The notes under the pieces were generated by a model. The model saw only the letters and a list, made by a program, of their open reading frames with translations, searched no databases and had not been told where the DNA came from. A stretch of DNA of 64,000 nucleotides from the NCBI GenBank assembly GCA_026390755.1, contig JAPLFI010000202.1:999-64998 (forward strand), read 5' to 3'. This document shows, in pieces, positions 21,257-29,487 of the stretch. This stretch comes from Ignavibacteriota bacterium. Lineage in GTDB: Bacteria > Bacteroidota > Ignavibacteria > Tepidaquicellales > Tepidaquicellaceae. Both the position numbers and the translations under genes were made by a program. Each line of letters begins with the position of its first letter. Positions within the stretch are counted from its first letter, which is position 1.

Positions 21257-21354
21257 TTATAAAGCAGCTTATTGCAAAATAGCGATTTAATAAGATAAAG
21301 CTAATGTAATAATAACTACATTAGCTTCATTAAATGTACCTAAGAAAAAACCCG

Positions 21355-21954
21355 CTATAAATGTTTGTTGATACTGCTTAAAAACGTTGCTTTATCCCGT
21401 GAGCCGACAATAGTTTCAACAATTTTCCCGTCTTTATCAATTATAAAAGTTGTCGGTACTGCGCTCATGTCGTTGCCGCTTGCTTTCTTAAAAGCTTCGA
21501 CTAACTGCTCGTTTCCGTCAATCATTGTATAAGATACCGGGTTAGCGGCGAGGAAATCCTCAATTTTCTGAGAATTCGGCTGATGGAAGACATTCATACC
21601 GAGCATTACAAAATTCCTGTCTTTAAGTTCAGTTGCGATTTCAGAAAGATACGGCATTTCTTTTTTGCAGGGAATGCACCATGTTGCCCAGAAATTTATA
21701 AATACAACCTTGCCTTTATAGTCGGAAAGCGAAACCTTTTTTCCGTTTTCATCCCATGAAATATCCGGGACAAGTTTATTGCCTTTAGAATCTTCTATAC
21801 TGCCGATTTTGAATAATTTCACACCTGAAACGTCTTTTTTGGAAGTTTCGGTATTTTGTTTGTTATCGGTAACCGGTTTTGTATCGTCTTTCTTACCACA
21901 GCTTAAAATTGCCGTGCATAATAAAATCAGAATTACTGCTTTTGTTAATTTCAT
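21355..21954 (-). CDS. TlpA/ResA-family thiol:disulfide oxidoreductase lipoprotein
   Basis: Lipobox ILSCG. Thioredoxin motif WATWCIPC. Confidence 0.8.
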   Translation of the reverse strand: MKLTKAVILILLCTAILSCGKKDDTKPVTDNKQNTETSKKDVSGVKLFKIGSIEDSKGNKLVPDISWDENGKKVSLSDYKGKVVFINFWATWCIPCKKEMPYLSEIATELKDRNFVMLGMNVFHQPNSQKIEDFLAANPVSYTMIDGNEQLVEAFKKASGNDMSAVPTTFIIDKDGKIVETIVGSRDKATFLSSINKHL

Positions 21955-22005
21955 TTTAATTTAATTTTAATTTAAAAAGTTATATATAATGAGTTAAAAC
22001 ATATC

Positions 22006-22740
22006 TTAAGCCAATGAGTATTCAACGTCATACCCTTTATTCTTCGCGTAGCCGTATAATTTCTGCGCGAGGAGTTTTCTTGCTCTGTGAAGCCTGCTCC
22101 TGACAGTGCCGATCGGGCACTGAACGAACTCTGCAATTTCTTCATAGCTGAGACTTTCAAGGTCGCACAGTATAATGACCGTTTTAAAATCATCCTGCAG
22201 TGAATTTAAAGCTGTTGTTACTTCATCATCAAGCAAATTATTAAAAACCTTTTCCTGCAAGTCGGATGAATCCATCTTATCGGACTTTATGATTTCAAAA
22301 AAGTTTTCGACTTCATCGTAATCCACCTGTCCCGGAGTCTTTTGTGTCTTTCGATAGTCGTTAATGAACAGATTTTTCATAATTCTGAACAGCCATGCCT
22401 TACAATTAGTGCCTTTTTCAAATTTATGAAAGAACCTGTAAGCGCGCAGATACGTTTCCTGCAGAAGGTCATCGGCGTCAAGTTGATTTCCGGTCATTTT
22501 ATAAGCGTAATTGTGAAGTAACTTAATATGAGGAAGAGCTTCCTTTTGAAATTCCTGTTTAAGAACTTCAATTTCCTCTTCGCTCAAATATCCTTCAATA
22601 CCGGATTCCTCACCGGATTCCTCTTCTTCCTTATATTCTTGGTTTTCGGCGGTGTCATCTTCTTTATACGGCAAAATCTCCTCAATATTCTTCGCTATCT
22701 TTTTACCTGATGTAATATTAGCTGGTTTTTTTTTAGACAT
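22006..22740 (-). CDS. ECF-type RNA polymerase sigma factor with about 65-aa basic-then-acidic N-terminal extension
   Basis: Region 2 LLQETYLRAYRFFHKF..AWLFRIMKN. Region 4 LSYEEIAEFVQCPIGTVRSRLHRARKLL. The N-terminus contains EEEESGEESGIEGYLSEEEIE. Confidence 0.85.
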   Translation of the reverse strand: MSKKKPANITSGKKIAKNIEEILPYKEDDTAENQEYKEEEESGEESGIEGYLSEEEIEVLKQEFQKEALPHIKLLHNYAYKMTGNQLDADDLLQETYLRAYRFFHKFEKGTNCKAWLFRIMKNLFINDYRKTQKTPGQVDYDEVENFFEIIKSDKMDSSDLQEKVFNNLLDDEVTTALNSLQDDFKTVIILCDLESLSYEEIAEFVQCPIGTVRSRLHRARKLLAQKLYGYAKNKGYDVEYSLA

Positions 22741-22899
22741 AAAGTTAATGAAAATAAGCTAATTATTTCATAAAATATAATCAAGCTATATTAAGAAATA
22801 ATAAAGTTCCGCAAAAATAAATAAAAAAATAAAATATTTTTATTGAAATTTATCTGAATAGATGCTTAAAACGACTAAATTATCATTTCACCGGTGATA

Positions 22900-22976
22900 T
22901 GGGGCGAGTAACGGGGCTCGAACCCGTGACATTCAGAGCCACAATCTGACGCTCTGCCAACTGAGCTATACCCGCC
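22900..22976 (-). tRNA. tRNA-His (GUG)
   Basis: Cloverleaf folded by hand. 7-bp acceptor stem, anticodon loop TTGTGGC, TTCGAGC T-loop. Encoded G-1 opposite C73, and encoded CCA. Confidence 0.95.
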
Positions 22977-23258
22977 GTATATTTCAATTTACATTTTTTT
23001 TAATCTTTTTTCAATAATAATCAGATAATTTTTTACTGCGATTGGTTGTACAAATTATTGAAGCATTAATTAATATTCTATATGTACACTTTATCAGAAC
23101 CGGTTGTATTAAAAAAACTATACTTTGAAACAAATCTTTAAGTTCGACGTACAACTGCCTTAAAGGTATAAGAAATATATTTCTCTTTACTTTTCAATTT
23201 AAATTTACGAAATTTGTGCGTTCTAAAATTTTTACAAATTAAAAAATTAAAACAAAGT

Positions 23259-23765
23259 ATGTTAAAAGTAAAATCGTTATTAGTTGTTCTTGTTATGTTC
23301 GGATTTTTCGGAGTAGCAATGGCGACAAGTTTCCCCGGTGACAGAGCCGGAATGAAAGCCGATTATCTCTGGAAAAAACTTTCACTGACAAACGATCAGT
23401 ACACAACAGTTTATCAGTCATTTCATAAATACGAAATAAAAGTTGATGAGATGAAAGCCAAAAAAATGGATAAAAAGGCAATGACGGATGAATTAGCAAA
23501 ACTGCAAACCGGACTCAACGGTGAAATTGAAAAAGCAATCACAAAAGACCAGGTTACAAAATGGACCGGAATGAAAGATAAATTCTGGAAAATGAGCTAC
23601 AAGAAAAAAGTGAGAAAACCGAAAACCGAAACAACCGAAAGTACAGAAAAGAAAGATGTGAAAAAAGAAGAACCTAAGAAAGACGTAAAGAAAGACGTGA
23701 AAAAAGAAGAACCGAAAAAGGACGTGAAAAAAGAAGAACCGAAAAAAGACGAGAAGAAGAAATAG
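23259..23765 (+). CDS. Secreted Lys-rich protein with KKEEPKKDVKK repeats
   Basis: Signal peptide MLKVKSLLVVLVMFGFFGVAMA, starting at the internal Met and not at the ORF start 23214. The C-terminal tail comes from three 27-bp repeats. Confidence 0.55.
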   Translation: MLKVKSLLVVLVMFGFFGVAMATSFPGDRAGMKADYLWKKLSLTNDQYTTVYQSFHKYEIKVDEMKAKKMDKKAMTDELAKLQTGLNGEIEKAITKDQVTKWTGMKDKFWKMSYKKKVRKPKTETTESTEKKDVKKEEPKKDVKKDVKKEEPKKDVKKEEPKKDEKKK

Positions 23766-23786
23766 ATAAATCTTTTTTTAAAAAAC

Positions 23787-23821
23787 GGGCTGTTCCCCGA
23801 AAGGGTTCAGCCTTTTTTTTT
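23787..23821. terminator. Terminator between convergent Lys-rich gene and argS
   Basis: GGCTG..CCC-CGAAA-GGG..CAGCC hairpin followed by T9. An A-run precedes it. Confidence 0.7.
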
Positions 23822-25475
23822 ACATTCTCTCCGGTGCCGATATTCCTATCACGTCGAAACCATTCTTAAGAACCTGTTTCGCAGCGTAACAAAGATACAA
23901 GCGGGCTTTTGACAATTCGGAATTGCCCGCATCAATAACTCTGTTATTGTGATAGAATTTGTGAAAAGCTTCCGCTGTCCTGTTCAGATAATTAATAATT
24001 CTGTGCGGTTCAAGGGCGTATGACGCTTCGGATATTTCATGAGGAAACAATGAGAGAATTTTCAGCAAATCAATCTCGTCGGAGTTATTAATAAGTTCAT
24101 ACCGAAAATCAGGTGCGCAAATTTTTTCCGGAGAGATTATTTCTCCTGCATTCCTTAATATTCCGCAAATTCGCGCGTGCGCATACTGCAGATAATACAC
24201 AGGATTTTTATCCGATTGTTCGCGGGCAAGGTCAATATCAAAATCAAGCTGTGTTCCCGGTGCCCGCATAACGAAGAAAAACTGCGTGGCATCAATTCCC
24301 GCATCGGAAATTAAATCGTCCAGAAGATAAACTTTATCACTTCGCTTACTCATCTTAACAGATTCGGCTGCCGTCTTAAAAGTTACCATCTGATGAATAA
24401 TGACTTTAATATTTTCCGTGCTGTATCCTGCGGCTCGGATGCCGAATAGAACTTCTTTATACGTATCACCGTGGTCTGAGCCGAATATATCAACTATAAA
24501 ATCGAAACCCCTTTTAATTTTATTTATGTGATACGCAATATCCGGAAGGCGGTATGTCGGCTCGCCCGTTGATTTGACGATAACTTTATCCTTTTCAAAG
24601 CCTTCATCTTCCATTTTTAACCATACTGCTCCTTCTTTTTCATAAGAAAGATTATTTTCTCTGAATTTTTCGAGTAATACTTTCAGATCGCCCTGAGAAT
24701 ACAGCGAGGTTTCATTGAAAAAAACGTCATGCTTTATATTAAATTTACCGAGTGTTTCTTTAATACGTCCGAAATTATATTGTTCGGCTGTTTCACGGAA
24801 TAATATATCATCTTCCTTGTCTTTAAGTGCATCACCTTTGTTATTAAATATTATTTTTGCAATTTCTTTAATATACTCGCCGTGATAACCGTCGGGAGGG
24901 AAGGGAAAATCCGGAGTAATTAACTGCATATAGCGCGCATAAACTGATTTTGACAGCATATTCATCTGATTCCCCGCATCGTTGTAATAATATTCCCTTG
25001 TTACTTCATATCCGCTCCATTCAAGAAGATTGGCAATTGCCTTGCCGAGGCATACCTGCCTACCGTGGCCTGCATGAAGAAGTCCGGTTGGATTAGCGCT
25101 TACCCATTCAAGGTTTGCAGTTTTTCCTTCATTTAAACAGCTTCTGCCGTAATTATCTTTTTCTTCCAATATCTTAATGAGAACGGATTTATAATAATCA
25201 TCCGAAATAAAAAAATTAATAAAGCCGGCGCCTGCAACGGTAATTTTACTGATTTTTGTATTGTCGTATTCCAATCTTCCGATAATTCCGGCGGCAATAT
25301 TTCTTGGATTTTCTTTAAGTTCGGATGCTAATGACATTGCAGCATTAACCGAGAAATCCCCGAACGATTCGTTCTTTGGTTTGTCAATCTTATATTCTTT
25401 TATCGTATATCCGAGCGATGCAAGAGCTATATCAATTATCGTCCTTATGTATTCAATCATATTTTCTTCCTTCAC
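23820..25475 (-). CDS. argS: Arginine--tRNA ligase
   Basis: 551 aa. ANPTGLLHAGHGR (HIGH-like), KMSKRS, and a C-terminal DALR-type anticodon-binding domain ending ..ERM. Confidence 0.95.
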   Translation of the reverse strand: MKEENMIEYIRTIIDIALASLGYTIKEYKIDKPKNESFGDFSVNAAMSLASELKENPRNIAAGIIGRLEYDNTKISKITVAGAGFINFFISDDYYKSVLIKILEEKDNYGRSCLNEGKTANLEWVSANPTGLLHAGHGRQVCLGKAIANLLEWSGYEVTREYYYNDAGNQMNMLSKSVYARYMQLITPDFPFPPDGYHGEYIKEIAKIIFNNKGDALKDKEDDILFRETAEQYNFGRIKETLGKFNIKHDVFFNETSLYSQGDLKVLLEKFRENNLSYEKEGAVWLKMEDEGFEKDKVIVKSTGEPTYRLPDIAYHINKIKRGFDFIVDIFGSDHGDTYKEVLFGIRAAGYSTENIKVIIHQMVTFKTAAESVKMSKRSDKVYLLDDLISDAGIDATQFFFVMRAPGTQLDFDIDLAREQSDKNPVYYLQYAHARICGILRNAGEIISPEKICAPDFRYELINNSDEIDLLKILSLFPHEISEASYALEPHRIINYLNRTAEAFHKFYHNNRVIDAGNSELSKARLYLCYAAKQVLKNGFDVIGISAPERM

Positions 25476-25487
25476 ATTTTCCTTGAG

Positions 25488-26468
25488 TTAAAGCCATTTC
25501 ATTTTTTTATACCAGTCTGTCGTAATCTTAAAAGACTCTTCGAGTGTGTGGTTTTCTCTGAAGCCCAGTTCTCTGCATGCTTTCGCATTAGAGCAGACCC
25601 ATCTATCGCTTGTGATGTCCTTACATTTCTCTATGTTAAGCGTAGCGGCGTTCCTGGAGAACACAGAAAAAAACTGTGCTATACCTCCGACCGCATAGAC
25701 AACAGAATGCGGCACCCTCAGTTTTAGGGCTTTTTTATTTAAAACCGCCGAAGTGACTTTCCCGATTTCATCCCAGTTGTATTCTCTGTCCGATGAAATA
25801 AAGAAAATATCACCGCTTATAGTTTCTTTTTCCGCGGCAAGCATTATCCCGTCAACAAGGTCTTCTACATAAATAAGGCTTAAGTATTTATCATTTAATC
25901 CGATAATGCTGTTAAGTCCTTTTGAAAAAGTTTTGAAATAAACGAGAATTTCAGTATCTCTGGGTCCGAATATAGCCGGCGGTCTTATAATTACAACCGG
26001 AAACGTGTTTTTAAACTTCAGTACTTCCTTCTCGGCAAGTCTTTTCGTTAATCCATATGTCGTAATCGGTTTTGGGATATATTCTTCCGTCAGCGGTATA
26101 TCAGTCGGAGTTGGTCCGCATACTGCGAGAGACGATATATAAATAAATTTTTTAAGCCGGGGATTAACTTTTGCGGTTAATTCAACTAAGTTTTTTGCCG
26201 CAAGATTATTGCCTTTCTCAAATCCTTCTTTTGTTTTAGCTTTTACGACACCTGCCACGTGAAAAATATAATCCATATCTTTGATGACGTCCGTCAAAAC
26301 TTCATTTGAAAATAAATCTCCTTCCACGTACGTCAATTTTTTTCCGTCGAGCCATCTTGTAGATGAAGTTTTTCTCTTTAAACAATAAACTTCATATCCT
26401 TTCTCAATTAATCTGTCCGTGAGATAACTGCCTACGAATCCTGTTGCGCCTGTTACAAATGCCTTCAT
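25488..26468 (-). CDS. NAD-dependent epimerase/dehydratase-family (extended SDR) reductase
   Basis: GATGFVGSYL Rossmann motif. YGLTK (YxxxK). Confidence 0.85.
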   Translation of the reverse strand: MKAFVTGATGFVGSYLTDRLIEKGYEVYCLKRKTSSTRWLDGKKLTYVEGDLFSNEVLTDVIKDMDYIFHVAGVVKAKTKEGFEKGNNLAAKNLVELTAKVNPRLKKFIYISSLAVCGPTPTDIPLTEEYIPKPITTYGLTKRLAEKEVLKFKNTFPVVIIRPPAIFGPRDTEILVYFKTFSKGLNSIIGLNDKYLSLIYVEDLVDGIMLAAEKETISGDIFFISSDREYNWDEIGKVTSAVLNKKALKLRVPHSVVYAVGGIAQFFSVFSRNAATLNIEKCKDITSDRWVCSNAKACRELGFRENHTLEESFKITTDWYKKMKWL

Positions 26469-26556
26469 TGTTTTTTGTTTTTATCGTAGAAGTTATCAAT
26501 TAAAATATGTATTTTCTACGTTAAAATTATTACGTGTTTAACTTTAATTTCTAATA

Positions 26557-27753
26557 ATGAGCGATTTATTCAATAAATGTACTGCGTTTACCCGAGCCGA
26601 TGATGTAAAAGCCGCCGGTTTTTATCCTTATTTCAGGCCTATAGAACAGAATGAAGGTCCTGTCGTGAGAATTGAAGGCAGGGAAGTGATAATGGCAGGC
26701 TCGAATAATTATCACGGACTTACGACTCATCCGAAAGTTATTGAAGCCGCCGAAAAGGCGCTGAAGAAATACGGAACAGGGTGCTCAGGTTCAAGATATT
26801 TGACAGGTACGCTCGATTTGCATATCAAACTTGAAGAAAAACTCGCAGATTTTCTCGGAAAAGAATCTTGTCTCTTGTTCTCTACGGGTTATCAGACGGC
26901 GCAGGGAATAATACCCGTATTAGTTAATAAAGGCGAGTATGTTATATCAGATAAAGACAATCACGCGAGTATTGTATCAGGAACGCTTCTTGCCAAAGCC
27001 CTGCTTGCTGAATTCCTCAGGTATAAACATAATGATATGCAGGATCTGGAACGGATTTTGTCTTCTGTTCCGCTTGAAGCTTCGAAACTCGTTGCCACCG
27101 ACGGAGTATTTTCAACAACAGGCGAACTCGTTGAGCTTCCGAAATTAGTCGAATTATGTAAAAAATATAATGCCCGTATTCTCATTGACGATGCTCATTC
27201 TTTGGGCGTTGCAGGTGCTGGCGGCAGAGGAACGGCGTCGGAATTCGGTCTTGCTGAAGATGTTGACCTGATCATGGGTACGTTTTCCAAGACTCTTGCT
27301 TCTTTAGGCGGATTTGTAGTAAGCGAAAAACCGGTAATTAATTATCTGAAACATCATTCTCCGGCGCTTATATTTTCTGCATCTCCCACTCCCTCATCCG
27401 TAGCCGCTGCCGATGCGGCGCTCGATATTCTCTGGGCTGAACCCGAAAGAGTAACCAAGCTTTTGAACAATGCGGATAAAATGAGAAAAGGTTTTAAGGA
27501 TATGGGATTTAATGTCCTTGACGGAAAAACTCCCATCGTTCCCGTAATTCTCGGTGATGACATGCTTGTATTCAAATTCTGGCGCAAACTGTATGACGCC
27601 GGTGTTTTTGTTAATGCTTTTGTCCCTCCCGGCGTACCTCAAAATCTATCTATGCTCAGGACTTCATACATGGCAACGCATGAGGATGTTCATTTAAATA
27701 AAATTCTCGAAGTATTCGGTGATATCGGGAAAGAGTTCGGACTGATTTCCTGA
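26557..27753 (+). CDS. Alpha-oxoamine synthase family PLP enzyme (serine palmitoyltransferase / KBL / cysteate acyltransferase-like)
   Basis: 398 aa. [15 protein letters not shown], and the PLP-lysine context [12 protein letters not shown]. Confidence 0.85.
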   Translation: MSDLFNKCTAFTRADDVKAAGFYPYFRPIEQNEGPVVRIEGREVIMAGSNNYHGLTTHPKVIEAAEKALKKYGTGCSGSRYLTGTLDLHIKLEEKLADFLGKESCLLFSTGYQTAQGIIPVLVNKGEYVISDKDNHASIVSGTLLAKALLAEFLRYKHNDMQDLERILSSVPLEASKLVATDGVFSTTGELVELPKLVELCKKYNARILIDDAHSLGVAGAGGRGTASEFGLAEDVDLIMGTFSKTLASLGGFVVSEKPVINYLKHHSPALIFSASPTPSSVAAADAALDILWAEPERVTKLLNNADKMRKGFKDMGFNVLDGKTPIVPVILGDDMLVFKFWRKLYDAGVFVNAFVPPGVPQNLSMLRTSYMATHEDVHLNKILEVFGDIGKEFGLIS

Positions 27754-28163
27754 TGTTAAGATATATCTTTCTGATGACTGCCGCTCTGTTATTACTGTCA
27801 TGCGGGAAAGAAAAAAATAAAAATTCAGCTGAGAATCAAGAAGTTAACGAGGTAACACAGACTGAAGAAGATACAATCCCGCTTGCTCCACAGGAAACAT
27901 TCGGGCTGATTCTGGTTCAGGATATTCTTATGGATGAAAAAGAAACTGACCTTCAGTTATATCTGGAGGAAACCGTTTACCCGCTTGTATCAAAGTCACC
28001 TAAAGTCACAATTGACAGAATATCTTCTTCGGTATATCTTCTTAAATATTTCGACGGCACTGCCGAAAAGAATTTATATATACAAAAATATTATAACCCC
28101 CTGACCGACGAAATTGTTTTTGAAAAAACCGATATTAAGCCCGCTTCCGTAAATATAAAATGA
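27753..28163 (+). CDS. Small lipoprotein, unknown function
   Basis: Lipobox LLLSCG. Its ATG overlaps the TGA of the upstream gene (TGATG). Confidence 0.5.
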   Translation: MLRYIFLMTAALLLLSCGKEKNKNSAENQEVNEVTQTEEDTIPLAPQETFGLILVQDILMDEKETDLQLYLEETVYPLVSKSPKVTIDRISSSVYLLKYFDGTAEKNLYIQKYYNPLTDEIVFEKTDIKPASVNIK

Positions 28164-28708
28164 ATAAAGGGAAAATTGTTGCGGTAATCGGCATGTGCGG
28201 CTCGGGAAAAACCGAGGCAGTAAAATATTTTCTTGATAAAGGTTACAGAAAAGTCTATTTCGGGCAGGTCGTTCTTGACGAACTTCAGAGGCGCGGACTT
28301 GATGTAAACGAAGTCAACGAGAGAAAAGTCCGCGAGGATTTACGCGGTGAATCCGGAATGGGAGTTATGGCTCTGAAAAGTATTAACCGGATAAAAGAAT
28401 ATTCCGAAAAAGACAATGTCGTTATCGAAAGCCTTTACTCCTGGGACGAGTTCAAGATAATAAAAAATGAGTTCGGCAACAGATTTAAATTGATTACTAT
28501 TTATACCACTAAAAGCTTAAGATATGAACGTCTGCTGAAAAGACCTTACAGACAGCTCAGCTTTGAGGAAGCCGAATCGAGGGATATAAGTGAAATAGAA
28601 AACCTCGATAAAGGCGGACCGGTTGCTTTTTGTGATTATCTGATAATAAATGATTCGACTATAGAAAATCTCTTTACGGAACTGGAAAAACTGGGAATGA
28701 CGGATTGA
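28160..28708 (+). CDS. P-loop nucleotide kinase-like protein (dephospho-CoA kinase/UPF0200-like)
   Basis: Walker [10 protein letters not shown] at the N-terminus. 182 aa, the size of a small NMP kinase. Start and stop overlap both neighbouring genes. Confidence 0.55.
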   Translation: MNKGKIVAVIGMCGSGKTEAVKYFLDKGYRKVYFGQVVLDELQRRGLDVNEVNERKVREDLRGESGMGVMALKSINRIKEYSEKDNVVIESLYSWDEFKIIKNEFGNRFKLITIYTTKSLRYERLLKRPYRQLSFEEAESRDISEIENLDKGGPVAFCDYLIINDSTIENLFTELEKLGMTD

Positions 28709-29196
28709 AGAGAAAAGAATATATATCATGGGATGAATATTTCATGGGCATTGCAATGCTTTCGGCGAAGCGGAGTAAAGACCCTAACACACAGGTCGGC
28801 GCCTGTATCGTCAGTCCTGAAAACAAAATTGTCGGTATAGGATATAACGGATTTCCTACCGGCTGTTCGGATGACGACCTGCCGTGGGAAAGAAATTCAG
28901 GGGAAATAAATTTAACAAAATATCCTTATGTAGTGCACGCCGAGGCAAATGCGATACTCAACTCGACAAAAGACCTTCACGGCTCCAGAATCTATGTAGA
29001 TTTATTTCCGTGCAACGAATGCGCGAAGCTTATTATCCAGTCGGGCATTAAGGAAGTAATATATATTTCCGATAAGTATAAAGAAACAGATCCGGTGAAA
29101 GCATCAAGAAAGATGTTTAAATTATCCGGTGTAAAAGAAAGGCAGTTGATTATTAAAAATAAAATCATCAACTTGAACTTCGATTCAGTTCTTTAA
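28705..29196 (+). CDS. dCMP deaminase (ComEB/Dcd-type cytidine/deoxycytidylate deaminase)
   Basis: HAEANAI and PCNECAKLI zinc motifs. TTG start overlapping the upstream stop. Confidence 0.9.
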   Translation: MKRKEYISWDEYFMGIAMLSAKRSKDPNTQVGACIVSPENKIVGIGYNGFPTGCSDDDLPWERNSGEINLTKYPYVVHAEANAILNSTKDLHGSRIYVDLFPCNECAKLIIQSGIKEVIYISDKYKETDPVKASRKMFKLSGVKERQLIIKNKIINLNFDSVL

Positions 29197-29204
29197 TATG
29201 TTTT

Positions 29205-29370
29205 TTTGGTTCCTTTTTCAACAAGGATTAATAGGGAATCCGGTGTAAGACCGGAACTGTCCACGCAACTGTAAACTGAGAAGATTTGTCTATCTGTGCC
29301 ACTGTTCGTATTAAACGAATGGGAAGGCGGATTAAAAATTGCTCGTAAGTCAGGAGACCTGCCATTAACG
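29205..29370 (+). promoter_or_regulatory. Cobalamin (B12) riboswitch aptamer
   Basis: AATAGGGAATCCGGTG..AGACCGGAACTGTCCACGCAACTGTAA, the B12 box GCCACTG at 29298-29304, GGGAAGGC, and AGTCAGGAGACCTGCC at 29348-29363. It lies directly upstream of a TonB-dependent receptor. Confidence 0.9.
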
Positions 29371-29487
29371 ATATTTCATATTCTTCGCTGGAAAGTGTAT
29401 ATGAACTAATAAAAAGACTCCTTTTGTCTTTGTATTCTTGCATATAATCTTCCGGCGGATAATACAAAGTTTTAAGGAGTTTTTTTA

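Noticed and set aside
21972-22193. 73-aa ORF overlapping the 3' end of the ECF sigma gene, considered as a possible anti-sigma factor
   Set aside because: It is an alternative frame on the same (minus) strand that overlaps sigma region 4. It has no TM helix and no zinc-binding anti-sigma motif. Judged spurious.
22741-23258. Region around tRNA-His examined for an integrated element
   Set aside because: No integrase, no direct repeat of the tRNA 3' end, and no phage-like genes. It is just AT-rich intergenic DNA.
29228-29467. 79-aa minus-strand ORF
   Set aside because: It lies entirely within the cobalamin riboswitch leader on the opposite strand. The conserved RNA motifs explain the sequence.
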